From assembly GCA_949300615.1 (NCBI GenBank), contig CASGEW010000003.1, positions 1,133 to 65,132 on the forward strand: DNA of 64,000 bases, in the 5' to 3' direction. The notes beneath the pieces are model-generated. The model was given only the letters and a program-made list of their open reading frames with translations, was not told where the DNA came from and did no database searches. A program made the position numbers and the translations under genes. Source of the stretch: an uncultured Bacteroidales bacterium (GTDB lineage Bacteria; Bacteroidota; Bacteroidia; Bacteroidales; CHK158-818). Shown in pieces: positions 7,925 through 15,940 of the stretch. The stretch's first letter is position 1. Every line of letters begins with the position of its first letter.

Positions 7925-10351
7925 TTACTCTTTTTCTTTTATCAACGAAACAGCCATCTCTTTTTCGACATTCTCGGGTACGGAAAATTCTATTGCACCT
8001 CCCTGATGGGTCACAAGCCGGCTATCTTCTGCGAGTGTACAGGGATCGATAATCCTCAACCGGTAGGTTCCGGCCGGAACAACCAATTCAACCTGTTTGA
8101 CTCCTTGACAATAAAAGGCATATTGTTTTCCGGGTTCTGCCAGAAGATACGATGTTGCACCCTGGGTATCGGTCCGTAAAATAGAACTGATATCTTCAAC
8201 AGGAGACATCCGAATGAAATCGAGCGACTCGATAAAGCGTTTCATCAACCCGATCTGTTTGCGCAAAGCGGGGCTACCTCCTCCGGGAGTAGGATCCACC
8301 ACCACATTCGTTCCATCTTCTTTTCCTACGGTGAAAGAGTAATCCAGGTGATTATACAACGCACCTCCCGCCAGCATAAAGCGCCAGGCCTCACGGCGAT
8401 AATATTCATCGTAAATTCCGTTGAACCCGGTTTCATTCATCCCGACGGGCTTGTTCAGGTGTGCATTCTGGGCAATAGCCACCGGCGGAGTGCAATAGTG
8501 GAAATTGAATATCGACCACGCCGGGTGGGGATCGTTTACCACGGCCGTCCCGTTGGCTACATTGACTGAAATCAAATGTTGTTTGGTAGCATTCTGTTCT
8601 GCCTCGACAATCACATCGGTCATGCGTTTCTGCCACTCCTGCGTTACACCGCCGAAATAGGGCTCGTTGCAGATTTCAAAGTAGAGGTTGTCGTAGCCGT
8701 TTACCTCCGAGACGATTTTCCGTACCAGCTCCTCCTGCACCTGCAACAACGCCTGATCGCCGTCGAGGGTGTAAACGCTGGTACGGGCGATATTACCGAT
8801 ACCATTTACGTTGTTCCGGGCGTTCATAGGAGAGATGTTCCATTGCGAATCGTCGTACATGGGACAAAAGAGGTTCAGTTCCAATACAATATCCAGCTCG
8901 GAGGCCTTTTGCAGCAACTGGTGCAACCGTTCAAAATAGGCGGAATTCCAGGTAGTGAGGTCGAACTTGTTCTTATCCTGCTGTGAACGTCCCCACGGAG
9001 ACAAATAGTTCTCAGGCGAAGGGGCCAACGTATTGTCCTTGATATTAAAAGCGTTATAAGGTTCGAGGTAGGCCCCCATAAATATCCGGGTACTGTTCAA
9101 TCCATCCTCGTGCAGGGTTTCCAAATAACGGTCGAAGTCAAAGGCTCGATTAATCAATGCGCCGTAATGTTCGCCGGAAGTTACCAGCACACACGACCGG
9201 TTGCGGAACATAAAGTAACGGGGATTGTCGGGGTGAAGCGAGAAAGCCTTCTGCTCGCCGGTTCCCCGCTGACGGGTGAGTGCTTCGATCATCGGCCAAC
9301 GCGGCTCGCCGTTCTCCACAATGCCGAAACCGCCTTTGTAATCCCATACGGCACGGGCTATTCCGTAACGGTTAAAGAGCGTATTCATATCGCGGAACCA
9401 GCGGTAACGGTCAGTCGCTGGGGCTGTACTCAAACAGCCATACTCGCCGCAATAGACTTTCAATCCCCTCTTCCGGGCTTCGGCCAACACGACGTTAAAA
9501 TCAGACGCAATCTTGTCTATATTATAGTTCTGGGTGCCCCACCATCGGTATTTTTCACCCGTGGCTTGCGGCAATCCGGCAAAGTCGGAAGGGGCAATCA
9601 AGGTACCGGGATAGTGTACCGGCCCCCGGTAATCTTTATTGTCGGTCCACGATGCCTGGTAATGGGTCAGCAGGAAGGGATTATAGTAATGGAAACTAAT
9701 GATGATGTTGGGATCGTTCTCGGGTACGCGCAGATCCTTAACCGTCTCGAAACCTTGCCAACGGTTGGAACCGATAACCAAGGTACGTTTGGGTTCCAGT
9801 TTGCGAACCACGGCGGCACAACGGTTCACAATCACGTTCCACGTCTCGGGGTCATCGGCCACCGGTTCGTTCATCAACTCATAGGCAACCATGGAATTGG
9901 GGTACTTTTTCAGCTCCTTGCTAATCTGCCGCCAACACTCATAAAACTGTTCCTGCGCTTTTTCGTCGGTAAACAGTGGTTTTTCCTGATTGTTGAAATG
10001 ATGCGACCGCAAGATATGCAAATCGACCACCGCACGCAAGCCGAACTCCTTGCACCACCCCAAGGCATTGTGCAACAGGCGGAAGGCCTCTTTTTCCCGC
10101 TTACCCTCCTGGGTAAACATCTGCTCCTCATCAATGGGAATACGCAAGTGGTCAAAACCCAACGAGGCGATAAAAGCGACATCGTCTCTGGTAAAATAGG
10201 CGGCGCGGGCCTCTCCCCGAGCATCGCTCTGCGAGAGCCAATGACTGATATTGACCCCCTTTTCCAATACAAACTCCTCTTTCTCCTTCGCCGACAAAGC
10301 AATCCACGGCAAGCAAAAGAGCCCGATTAATATTTTACCGATTCTGTTCAT
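7925..10351 (-). CDS. Secreted two-catalytic-domain glycosidase: N-terminal GH5 plus a second clan GH-A domain plus a C-terminal beta-sandwich-like tail
   Basis: 808 aa with a signal peptide. Domain 1 (aa ~25-345) has GH5 motifs DHLRIPI, YELMNEP (E162) and YCGEYGC (E303). Domain 2 (aa ~375-700) has FEICNEPYFGG (E563) and VGMNETGF (E640). Confidence 0.7.
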   Translation of the reverse strand: MNRIGKILIGLFCLPWIALSAKEKEEFVLEKGVNISHWLSQSDARGEARAAYFTRDDVAFIASLGFDHLRIPIDEEQMFTQEGKREKEAFRLLHNALGWCKEFGLRAVVDLHILRSHHFNNQEKPLFTDEKAQEQFYECWRQISKELKKYPNSMVAYELMNEPVADDPETWNVIVNRCAAVVRKLEPKRTLVIGSNRWQGFETVKDLRVPENDPNIIISFHYYNPFLLTHYQASWTDNKDYRGPVHYPGTLIAPSDFAGLPQATGEKYRWWGTQNYNIDKIASDFNVVLAEARKRGLKVYCGEYGCLSTAPATDRYRWFRDMNTLFNRYGIARAVWDYKGGFGIVENGEPRWPMIEALTRQRGTGEQKAFSLHPDNPRYFMFRNRSCVLVTSGEHYGALINRAFDFDRYLETLHEDGLNSTRIFMGAYLEPYNAFNIKDNTLAPSPENYLSPWGRSQQDKNKFDLTTWNSAYFERLHQLLQKASELDIVLELNLFCPMYDDSQWNISPMNARNNVNGIGNIARTSVYTLDGDQALLQVQEELVRKIVSEVNGYDNLYFEICNEPYFGGVTQEWQKRMTDVIVEAEQNATKQHLISVNVANGTAVVNDPHPAWSIFNFHYCTPPVAIAQNAHLNKPVGMNETGFNGIYDEYYRREAWRFMLAGGALYNHLDYSFTVGKEDGTNVVVDPTPGGGSPALRKQIGLMKRFIESLDFIRMSPVEDISSILRTDTQGATSYLLAEPGKQYAFYCQGVKQVELVVPAGTYRLRIIDPCTLAEDSRLVTHQGGAIEFSVPENVEKEMAVSLIKEKE

Positions 10352-10355
10352 GGCA

Positions 10356-11477
10356 TTACAGGTGTTTTTTCAATATTTCAAGCATTTGCCGGTCCAGCTT
10401 ATGCCCTTTGTAATCTTCGTATTTCACATCTTTACGGCCGCTGACCATAATCCCGAACGATCCGGAGAGGTTCCACAACGACCATCCCCAGTTCTGTTCG
10501 GCAAAAACCGACAATAAGTCGTCCAACCAGGCCAGGACGGTTGCGTGCGGTGTATAGTTATGACATCCCATCTCGCCGATATGGACACTTCCTCCGGCCT
10601 CGATCCAGGGTTTCCAAGGATCGACGGAGGCCTCGCGCAGGTAATTTTTGTCGTGTGTTTTGCCATCGAAAACAAGGGGCCAGGAAACCTTCTCGGCCGG
10701 ATACTCCTGGATGGCCGACCACCCACTTACCCAACTGGCACGCAAATGGGTCAGCAAAAAGGGCTGGTATCCACGCCCGCTCTGGATGATTCCCGGTATA
10801 TCGGTAATGGTCATCAGCGGCTGTGTCCCCACATCTTTCCCATCGACAAAAATCAGCCTGTCCGGATCGACGTCGCGAATGGCTCCGATCAACCGCCGGG
10901 CTACCTTGTCGTATTTTTCGGCCTCTATCGAGGGGGCCTCGTTAATCAGGTTGAAACTGAACTCTTTGTTGGAATAACCCTTGTAACGTTCGGCAAACAG
11001 CTTCCAATGAAACGCGCACGCCTCCAACGGGGCCTCGTCTTCAAACAGGTTGGTGGTAACCGGCTGGTTGTCGTCTTTGTTGATACAATACCCCGGTGCC
11101 CGGTGAAAATTCAGATTTATGTGTATGTTATACTGTTTCCCCAATTCGACGGCCCGGTCTATCTCTTTGAGTACCTTTTCATCGACCGAATACCAGTCGG
11201 TCTCCTTGCTCCAACACCAATACGACAACGGCAACCGGGCAAAATTGAATCCCCACTCGGCCATCATCTCGAAATCTTTTTCGTTGTAAGCAGACTGTCC
11301 ATAAGGCAGGAATTTATTCAACAGGTTGAATCCTTTCCATTGAGGCAATGCAGACAACCAACCATCGCTTTTTTTGCGGAGAGGAGATTCGCTTACTCCG
11401 CTCCATACCGGTAACGTGCCCATGCCTGCCACCAAGGGCAAGGCGCTCATGTGTTTTAAAAAATTTCGACGATTCAT
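10356..11477 (-). CDS. GH5 glycoside hydrolase with a twin-arginine (Tat) signal
   Basis: 373 aa. The N-terminus MNRRNFLKHMSALPLVAGMG matches the Tat consensus (S/T)RRxFLK. GH5 motifs are FNFARLPLSYW, FNLINEAP (acid/base) and VHIGEMGC (nucleophile). Confidence 0.75.
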   Translation of the reverse strand: MNRRNFLKHMSALPLVAGMGTLPVWSGVSESPLRKKSDGWLSALPQWKGFNLLNKFLPYGQSAYNEKDFEMMAEWGFNFARLPLSYWCWSKETDWYSVDEKVLKEIDRAVELGKQYNIHINLNFHRAPGYCINKDDNQPVTTNLFEDEAPLEACAFHWKLFAERYKGYSNKEFSFNLINEAPSIEAEKYDKVARRLIGAIRDVDPDRLIFVDGKDVGTQPLMTITDIPGIIQSGRGYQPFLLTHLRASWVSGWSAIQEYPAEKVSWPLVFDGKTHDKNYLREASVDPWKPWIEAGGSVHIGEMGCHNYTPHATVLAWLDDLLSVFAEQNWGWSLWNLSGSFGIMVSGRKDVKYEDYKGHKLDRQMLEILKKHL

Positions 11478-11509
11478 CGGGTTCTCTCCTCTTTTTTTTT
11501 ATTTTTTAA

Positions 11510-13354
11510 CTATCTTTTTTCCGGATACCAACGGTACATCAACACCTTGCCCATATAATCTTCTTCGACAAAGATGATGTACTCTCCATCCGGACGGCGT
11601 ATGGCATCAATTCCGTAAGCGATGTCCACCCATCCGGTACAATCTAATCCGCCGACGGTTTCATCCGGCAACAAACTGCCGATGTACTCTCCCGTTCGCA
11701 GGTCGGTTACAAAGACCTCCCCGCGGCTTTCACTACCTACTTCAAAGAAGTAATCCCCGACCGCAGTAACCGACGAGGGATCGGGACCTTTTAAACCACC
11801 CAACTCCCGAGCTTGACGGTTTCCCGACTGCCAGTTATCGACCACGTAGATTTTTCCGCCTTTCAAATCCCGGCAACAGGTATTGACCAGCACCAGGCGA
11901 TCTTCCTTTTCCTGCCACATCAACCGTCCCACACGGTCGATGTTGGCTATTTCATATTTTGAGGTATGGTTGTCGTCGTAAATCAGGTTACCGTGTTCGT
12001 CCAAACCGGCAGGGGCATACCGCTGTACGATATTTTGCCGAGAAACCCAGATACCGCCTTGGCTATCTACCCAATAGGCCGAACCGTCGGGATAGCCAAA
12101 CTCGGTCGGGGTATATTCGTTTTGCTGGAAATCGCCATCGCCGTTCAAATCGCGCCAAATGTATTGCCGTCCGTCGCGCGGACATTCCGGCAACCAAAAG
12201 ATGTCAGGCGTCAGGTTATATATCCGGTGGGGTTTCATAATACATCCCGAGGGAGCCGCTACGTCCGAATTTTCGTCGAACCGGAAAATAAAGGGCCACT
12301 GGCACGTCATACCGTTTATAAACAAAAAACGCTTCCCATATACGCGACGAACAGCTACCGAGGTCAGCCCGTGTTCGTGTCCGGCCTTTACCCACAACAA
12401 CGCCCGCGGGTCATTCGGATATTTTTTCTCATCTACGGTGATACTCTGGATACTCCACTCCGTGCCCGGCGTACGATTCTTGTAATTCATCGCATATCGT
12501 TCCTGTACCGTATATACATCTTCGGCATCGGTTGTGTAATCGGGCGAAGCGTTATCTACAAAGATAAAATTCTGTACGGTCCAATCCAAGACCCAGCGTT
12601 TTTTCCGGTCGAGTTTAAAACAGCGAATCGAAGAGCCGAGCTCTGAGGTAGAGACAAACAACCGTCCCTGTTCATCCATACCGACGCCTGTCAAGGTCCA
12701 GAACTTGAACGGATGGTACTCTCCCGGCAAATAGGTCCGAGCCGGATAGGCCGGGGCATTGGTGGATTCCGGGATACGGTAGGGGGCTTTATAACGGCTT
12801 CCGACACCACCTTTCACACCAAAGCGGTCTATCAATCGCGGAGTGGTACCTGCCACATCATAAATCAAAATCTGTTTGCTGTCGTTATCCGCCACCAACA
12901 ATTTTCCTTGATAAATGCCAGTTCCCATGGCAATAGCAACAGGGCTGCCGCAATCGGGCAAAGTTTTGCCGTTCCCGGTTACACGAATACCGACCCACTC
13001 TTTTTGCCCGTTCTTGGGATTCACCACCTGTTGCTTCTCGATGCGAAAATCTCCGGCTACACTGCTACGGAAATGGACCGATTTGTCGTTTCCGATACAC
13101 TTTCCCTCTTTGTACACGCCATGCGTACGGCCTCCCTCGTCCCAGATACTGGCTGTATAGCAGGTTCCGTCTTTATCGACATACATCGAGTCGATGTAAT
13201 TTTGAATCCATTCGCCTTGGGTAGAGTTGGGGTCGCTGTGTCCTTTCCCGTAGGTATTTCCCAACCAGGAGACGCTGTACGTCCCGGGCAGTTGTGCACG
13301 TCCCAGAAAGACGGGCATCAAAAATAATCCAATAAACAAAAATGATTTTTTCAT
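11510..13354 (-). CDS. Secreted protein of unknown family, predicted beta-propeller (NHL/SGL-like blades)
   Basis: 614 aa with signal MKKSFLFIGLFLMPVFLGRAQ. Blade-like motifs recur, e.g. GKLLVADNDSKQILIYD, DEQGRLFVSTSELGSSIRCF, DSQGGIWVSRQNIVQRY, GGKIYVVDNWQSG and GEVFVTDLRTGEYIG. There is a Ca-loop-like DLNGDGDFQQNEY. Confidence 0.5.
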   Translation of the reverse strand: MKKSFLFIGLFLMPVFLGRAQLPGTYSVSWLGNTYGKGHSDPNSTQGEWIQNYIDSMYVDKDGTCYTASIWDEGGRTHGVYKEGKCIGNDKSVHFRSSVAGDFRIEKQQVVNPKNGQKEWVGIRVTGNGKTLPDCGSPVAIAMGTGIYQGKLLVADNDSKQILIYDVAGTTPRLIDRFGVKGGVGSRYKAPYRIPESTNAPAYPARTYLPGEYHPFKFWTLTGVGMDEQGRLFVSTSELGSSIRCFKLDRKKRWVLDWTVQNFIFVDNASPDYTTDAEDVYTVQERYAMNYKNRTPGTEWSIQSITVDEKKYPNDPRALLWVKAGHEHGLTSVAVRRVYGKRFLFINGMTCQWPFIFRFDENSDVAAPSGCIMKPHRIYNLTPDIFWLPECPRDGRQYIWRDLNGDGDFQQNEYTPTEFGYPDGSAYWVDSQGGIWVSRQNIVQRYAPAGLDEHGNLIYDDNHTSKYEIANIDRVGRLMWQEKEDRLVLVNTCCRDLKGGKIYVVDNWQSGNRQARELGGLKGPDPSSVTAVGDYFFEVGSESRGEVFVTDLRTGEYIGSLLPDETVGGLDCTGWVDIAYGIDAIRRPDGEYIIFVEEDYMGKVLMYRWYPEKR

Positions 13355-13367
13355 AACATATAACGTT

Positions 13368-14783
13368 TTATTTTTTTCCGGGGGCGGGATAGCGACAGGA
13401 TGCGTCGTCGAGCACCAATATCCAGTCGGTCATCTCGCCGGGCTCAGGCGGCATAAACTCTCTCGGCTGCCGGTCGTTGGTGAACGTCCCTATTTTCTTT
13501 GCTTTGCCGTTGCGGGGATTGTACCACCACGACTTTATCTTATCGCCTTTAATGGCATCGGTCCGCACCGTAAACTTCCGACCAACAGGGGCATATACCA
13601 TCAAATAGGTCCCCTCTTCATCGCGGGTGGCGGAAAAATGATAACGCCCCTCACCCGGAACGGATGTTTTCACTTTATCGGGAACAATGATAGAGGGGTC
13701 CGGTATGCGGGTAAAGAACGGGCGGGACTCTATCAGCCACCGACCGTACTGCATCTGTTCTGCTCCGGGTTGAGAAATGGCCTCTTTCCACGACATCAAG
13801 GGGTTATTTATCGGATTACGTCCCTTTTCAGGGTCGTACATCTGCCAGACGGAGTGATGTCCGTAGGTATGTCCGAATGCTCCGTTGAACAGGTCCCAAT
13901 ACATGGCCCGCCGAACATCGGCCGAGATGGAGTGTCCCATCTCTCCGGGATTAAAACAGACCGGATGGTCTTCATACACCGGTTCTCCGTCGATAACCGG
14001 TTTTACGGGAGTACGGTTATAATCGTCCAGCGTACTGCTGTAACGGCGGGAATACAACACCTCATGCCCATTTTGACGCATATTGAAGTCGAGCCACGGC
14101 TCGTTGTGGAACCACTGAGCCGACCCTGCCCAACCGGGCGGATGAAACGTTATCAGATGCCGGCCCCCATCGCCTTTCTTCAATCCGCGTGCCATGGCCC
14201 GGATAATCTCTTTTTTTTCATCATTATCGGGATTACGGTCTCCTCCCAAAATCCAGATAACCATGGCATCTTTATAACGCCGGCCAATGAACTCGCCATA
14301 AATCTCTGCATTTTCTTTATTGAACAACGGTTTTTCTCCATTCCAGAAATGGCCCCAGGTCGGTAACATCCCGACATACATCCCCAGAGAATTTGCTTTG
14401 TTCACGATGTAATCGACATGGTCCCAATAATCGTTGTCAGGCCCCTCTTGTACAGCTGGACGAGCTGGATCCAGATCGGTCAAAGGCAAAAAGCCGTATG
14501 GGTTATGGGCACTATGACCCTCTAACTCAGACAAAGCAACGGCTTGGATAACCGTATATCCTTTTCGGGCACGATCTTCCAGGTAAAGATCGGCTTCGTC
14601 TCGATCGAGACGGTGAAACATCTCCCAGGCCGTATCGCCTAAATAAAAGAATGGGGTACCGTCGGTATATTGCAAAAAACGTCCGTTATCCGACACCTCT
14701 ATATCTTTTCCCTCCCGAGCCTCTACGGCACAAGTACAGAACAGACAGGACAACACCAGAACATAGAAAGAAAAACGTTTCAT
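13368..14783 (-). CDS. DUF4038 / GH140-like glycoside hydrolase with a C-terminal collagen-binding-like beta domain
   Basis: The N-terminal motif [19 protein letters not shown]...[12 protein letters not shown] is characteristic of DUF4038, the fold of the GH140 apiosidase. I set the start at ATG 14783 ([15 protein letters not shown] signal) rather than the upstream ATG at 14816. Confidence 0.7.
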   Translation of the reverse strand: MKRFSFYVLVLSCLFCTCAVEAREGKDIEVSDNGRFLQYTDGTPFFYLGDTAWEMFHRLDRDEADLYLEDRARKGYTVIQAVALSELEGHSAHNPYGFLPLTDLDPARPAVQEGPDNDYWDHVDYIVNKANSLGMYVGMLPTWGHFWNGEKPLFNKENAEIYGEFIGRRYKDAMVIWILGGDRNPDNDEKKEIIRAMARGLKKGDGGRHLITFHPPGWAGSAQWFHNEPWLDFNMRQNGHEVLYSRRYSSTLDDYNRTPVKPVIDGEPVYEDHPVCFNPGEMGHSISADVRRAMYWDLFNGAFGHTYGHHSVWQMYDPEKGRNPINNPLMSWKEAISQPGAEQMQYGRWLIESRPFFTRIPDPSIIVPDKVKTSVPGEGRYHFSATRDEEGTYLMVYAPVGRKFTVRTDAIKGDKIKSWWYNPRNGKAKKIGTFTNDRQPREFMPPEPGEMTDWILVLDDASCRYPAPGKK

Positions 14784-14834
14784 AATGAGATTTATATTAA
14801 TGAATTCAGAATTCAATGCTGTAAATACCGGCCG

Positions 14835-15926
14835 TTATTTATATGCTCGGGGGTTCAACAACGTTTCCATGGTCAGTTTTTTCACCTTTTTCTCATTTTC
14901 CTCTCCGAATCGAGTTACGTGCAACACCTCTCCCCCCCGTACTGTTTGCAACTCCGCATCCGAAAAGATACCCGGTAACCAAGCATGGATAAAGCCGCCG
15001 TCGTGATAGCCGTCGGCATGGTTCCCGTCGCCGGAGTATTCGCCCCGTGTCCGGAACTGTTTGACCATGTGCGAAAGCATCGGACGGTCCATCTCCGTCA
15101 AAAGCTTCCACTCGCCGCTGTTCTCATCGTTATCCTCGGCTCGACAATGTGCGGGTCGAGGCAATACATTCCATTCGTTCTGGCACTTCTTGCGTATCCA
15201 CCAATTATCATCACCCCAACTCACTACCCTGAAATGTTTAGCTATAAGTTGCGAGGCCCACTGGTAATGACCGTTATACACCTTGATATCCGTATAGTAA
15301 ACAATACACTTCTCGGCAATGGAAGGGTCGATACAATAGGCCGAGGCCAAGGTAGCACCCTGTCCCCCTATATTGATAATGAGCGGTTTGTCGGGATGCT
15401 TTTTATATTGTTCGTTGATGAGCTTGACATAGAGATAAGCTCCTTCCGAGGTTTTTCGTTCTGCCTGTTTCTCGCTCTCTGCCTCTGTCCCCACGGTTAC
15501 CGGAGGCAATTTGTCGGGATCGATGCCGCTTTGCAACGCATTATCGACCGACTCGTATGCGGTTTTTATCCAATCGGGCTGACTGAACGTCCAGAAATCG
15601 GTCAATACAGGCGTAACAATGAGCCCCACCAGATTCATCCTGCCCAACGAGGCCATGGCATACATCCACTCATCGTCAAAAACATCGTCATACACATCGT
15701 TGTCATAGATGACTGGATTTTTTACCCTCTTTCCCTCTTTGACTGTTATGCCATGTATGTATAATCCGGATGGATAACCCGGGCGATCGAACCCCCAATC
15801 ACCGATAACCGGATGCGGATTTTTGCTCCAATCGACGGTTTCCGGATTCCAACGGGCGGCGTTTAATGATACCGAAATCATACAAACTGCCAATAATGTA
15901 CCTATTTTCTGAATAACCTGAATCAT
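14835..15926 (-). CDS. Secreted nucleoside-hydrolase-like (NH-fold) protein, function unknown
   Basis: It has an Asp-rich motif VIYDNDVYDDVFDDEW and LIINIGGQGATLASAY. These resemble the Ca-binding DxDxxxDD and G-x-x-T-N-x-A elements of the IU-nucleoside hydrolase fold. I set the start at ATG 15926 (MIQVIQKIGTLLAVCMISVSLNA signal). The track start at 15944 is a TTG. Confidence 0.4.
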   Translation of the reverse strand: MIQVIQKIGTLLAVCMISVSLNAARWNPETVDWSKNPHPVIGDWGFDRPGYPSGLYIHGITVKEGKRVKNPVIYDNDVYDDVFDDEWMYAMASLGRMNLVGLIVTPVLTDFWTFSQPDWIKTAYESVDNALQSGIDPDKLPPVTVGTEAESEKQAERKTSEGAYLYVKLINEQYKKHPDKPLIINIGGQGATLASAYCIDPSIAEKCIVYYTDIKVYNGHYQWASQLIAKHFRVVSWGDDNWWIRKKCQNEWNVLPRPAHCRAEDNDENSGEWKLLTEMDRPMLSHMVKQFRTRGEYSGDGNHADGYHDGGFIHAWLPGIFSDAELQTVRGGEVLHVTRFGEENEKKVKKLTMETLLNPRAYK

Positions 15927-15940
15927 CTTTGCTTGATCTA

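Noticed and set aside
6606-8006. A 466-aa plus-strand ORF antisense to the GH-A gene and to the end of the GH5 fusion gene
   Set aside because: This is a shadow ORF. Its product is Arg/Gln/Gly/Phe-rich and low in complexity, with no motifs. The opposite strand carries a coherent signal peptide plus NEP/TECG glycosidase motifs.
9110-10330. A 406-aa plus-strand ORF antisense to the GH5 domain; a similar 289-aa ORF lies at 10545-11414
   Set aside because: It is antisense to genes with clear GH5 motifs. It has no start context, no recognisable domain and a biased composition typical of reverse-frame translation.
11492-11507. A T9-A-T6 homopolymer tract between the beta-propeller gene and the GH5 gene, considered as a possible phase-variation tract
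   Set aside because: It is intergenic, in the 32-nt spacer, and not within a coding region or between the -33 and -7 elements of a recognisable promoter. Such tracts are common in AT-rich spacers.
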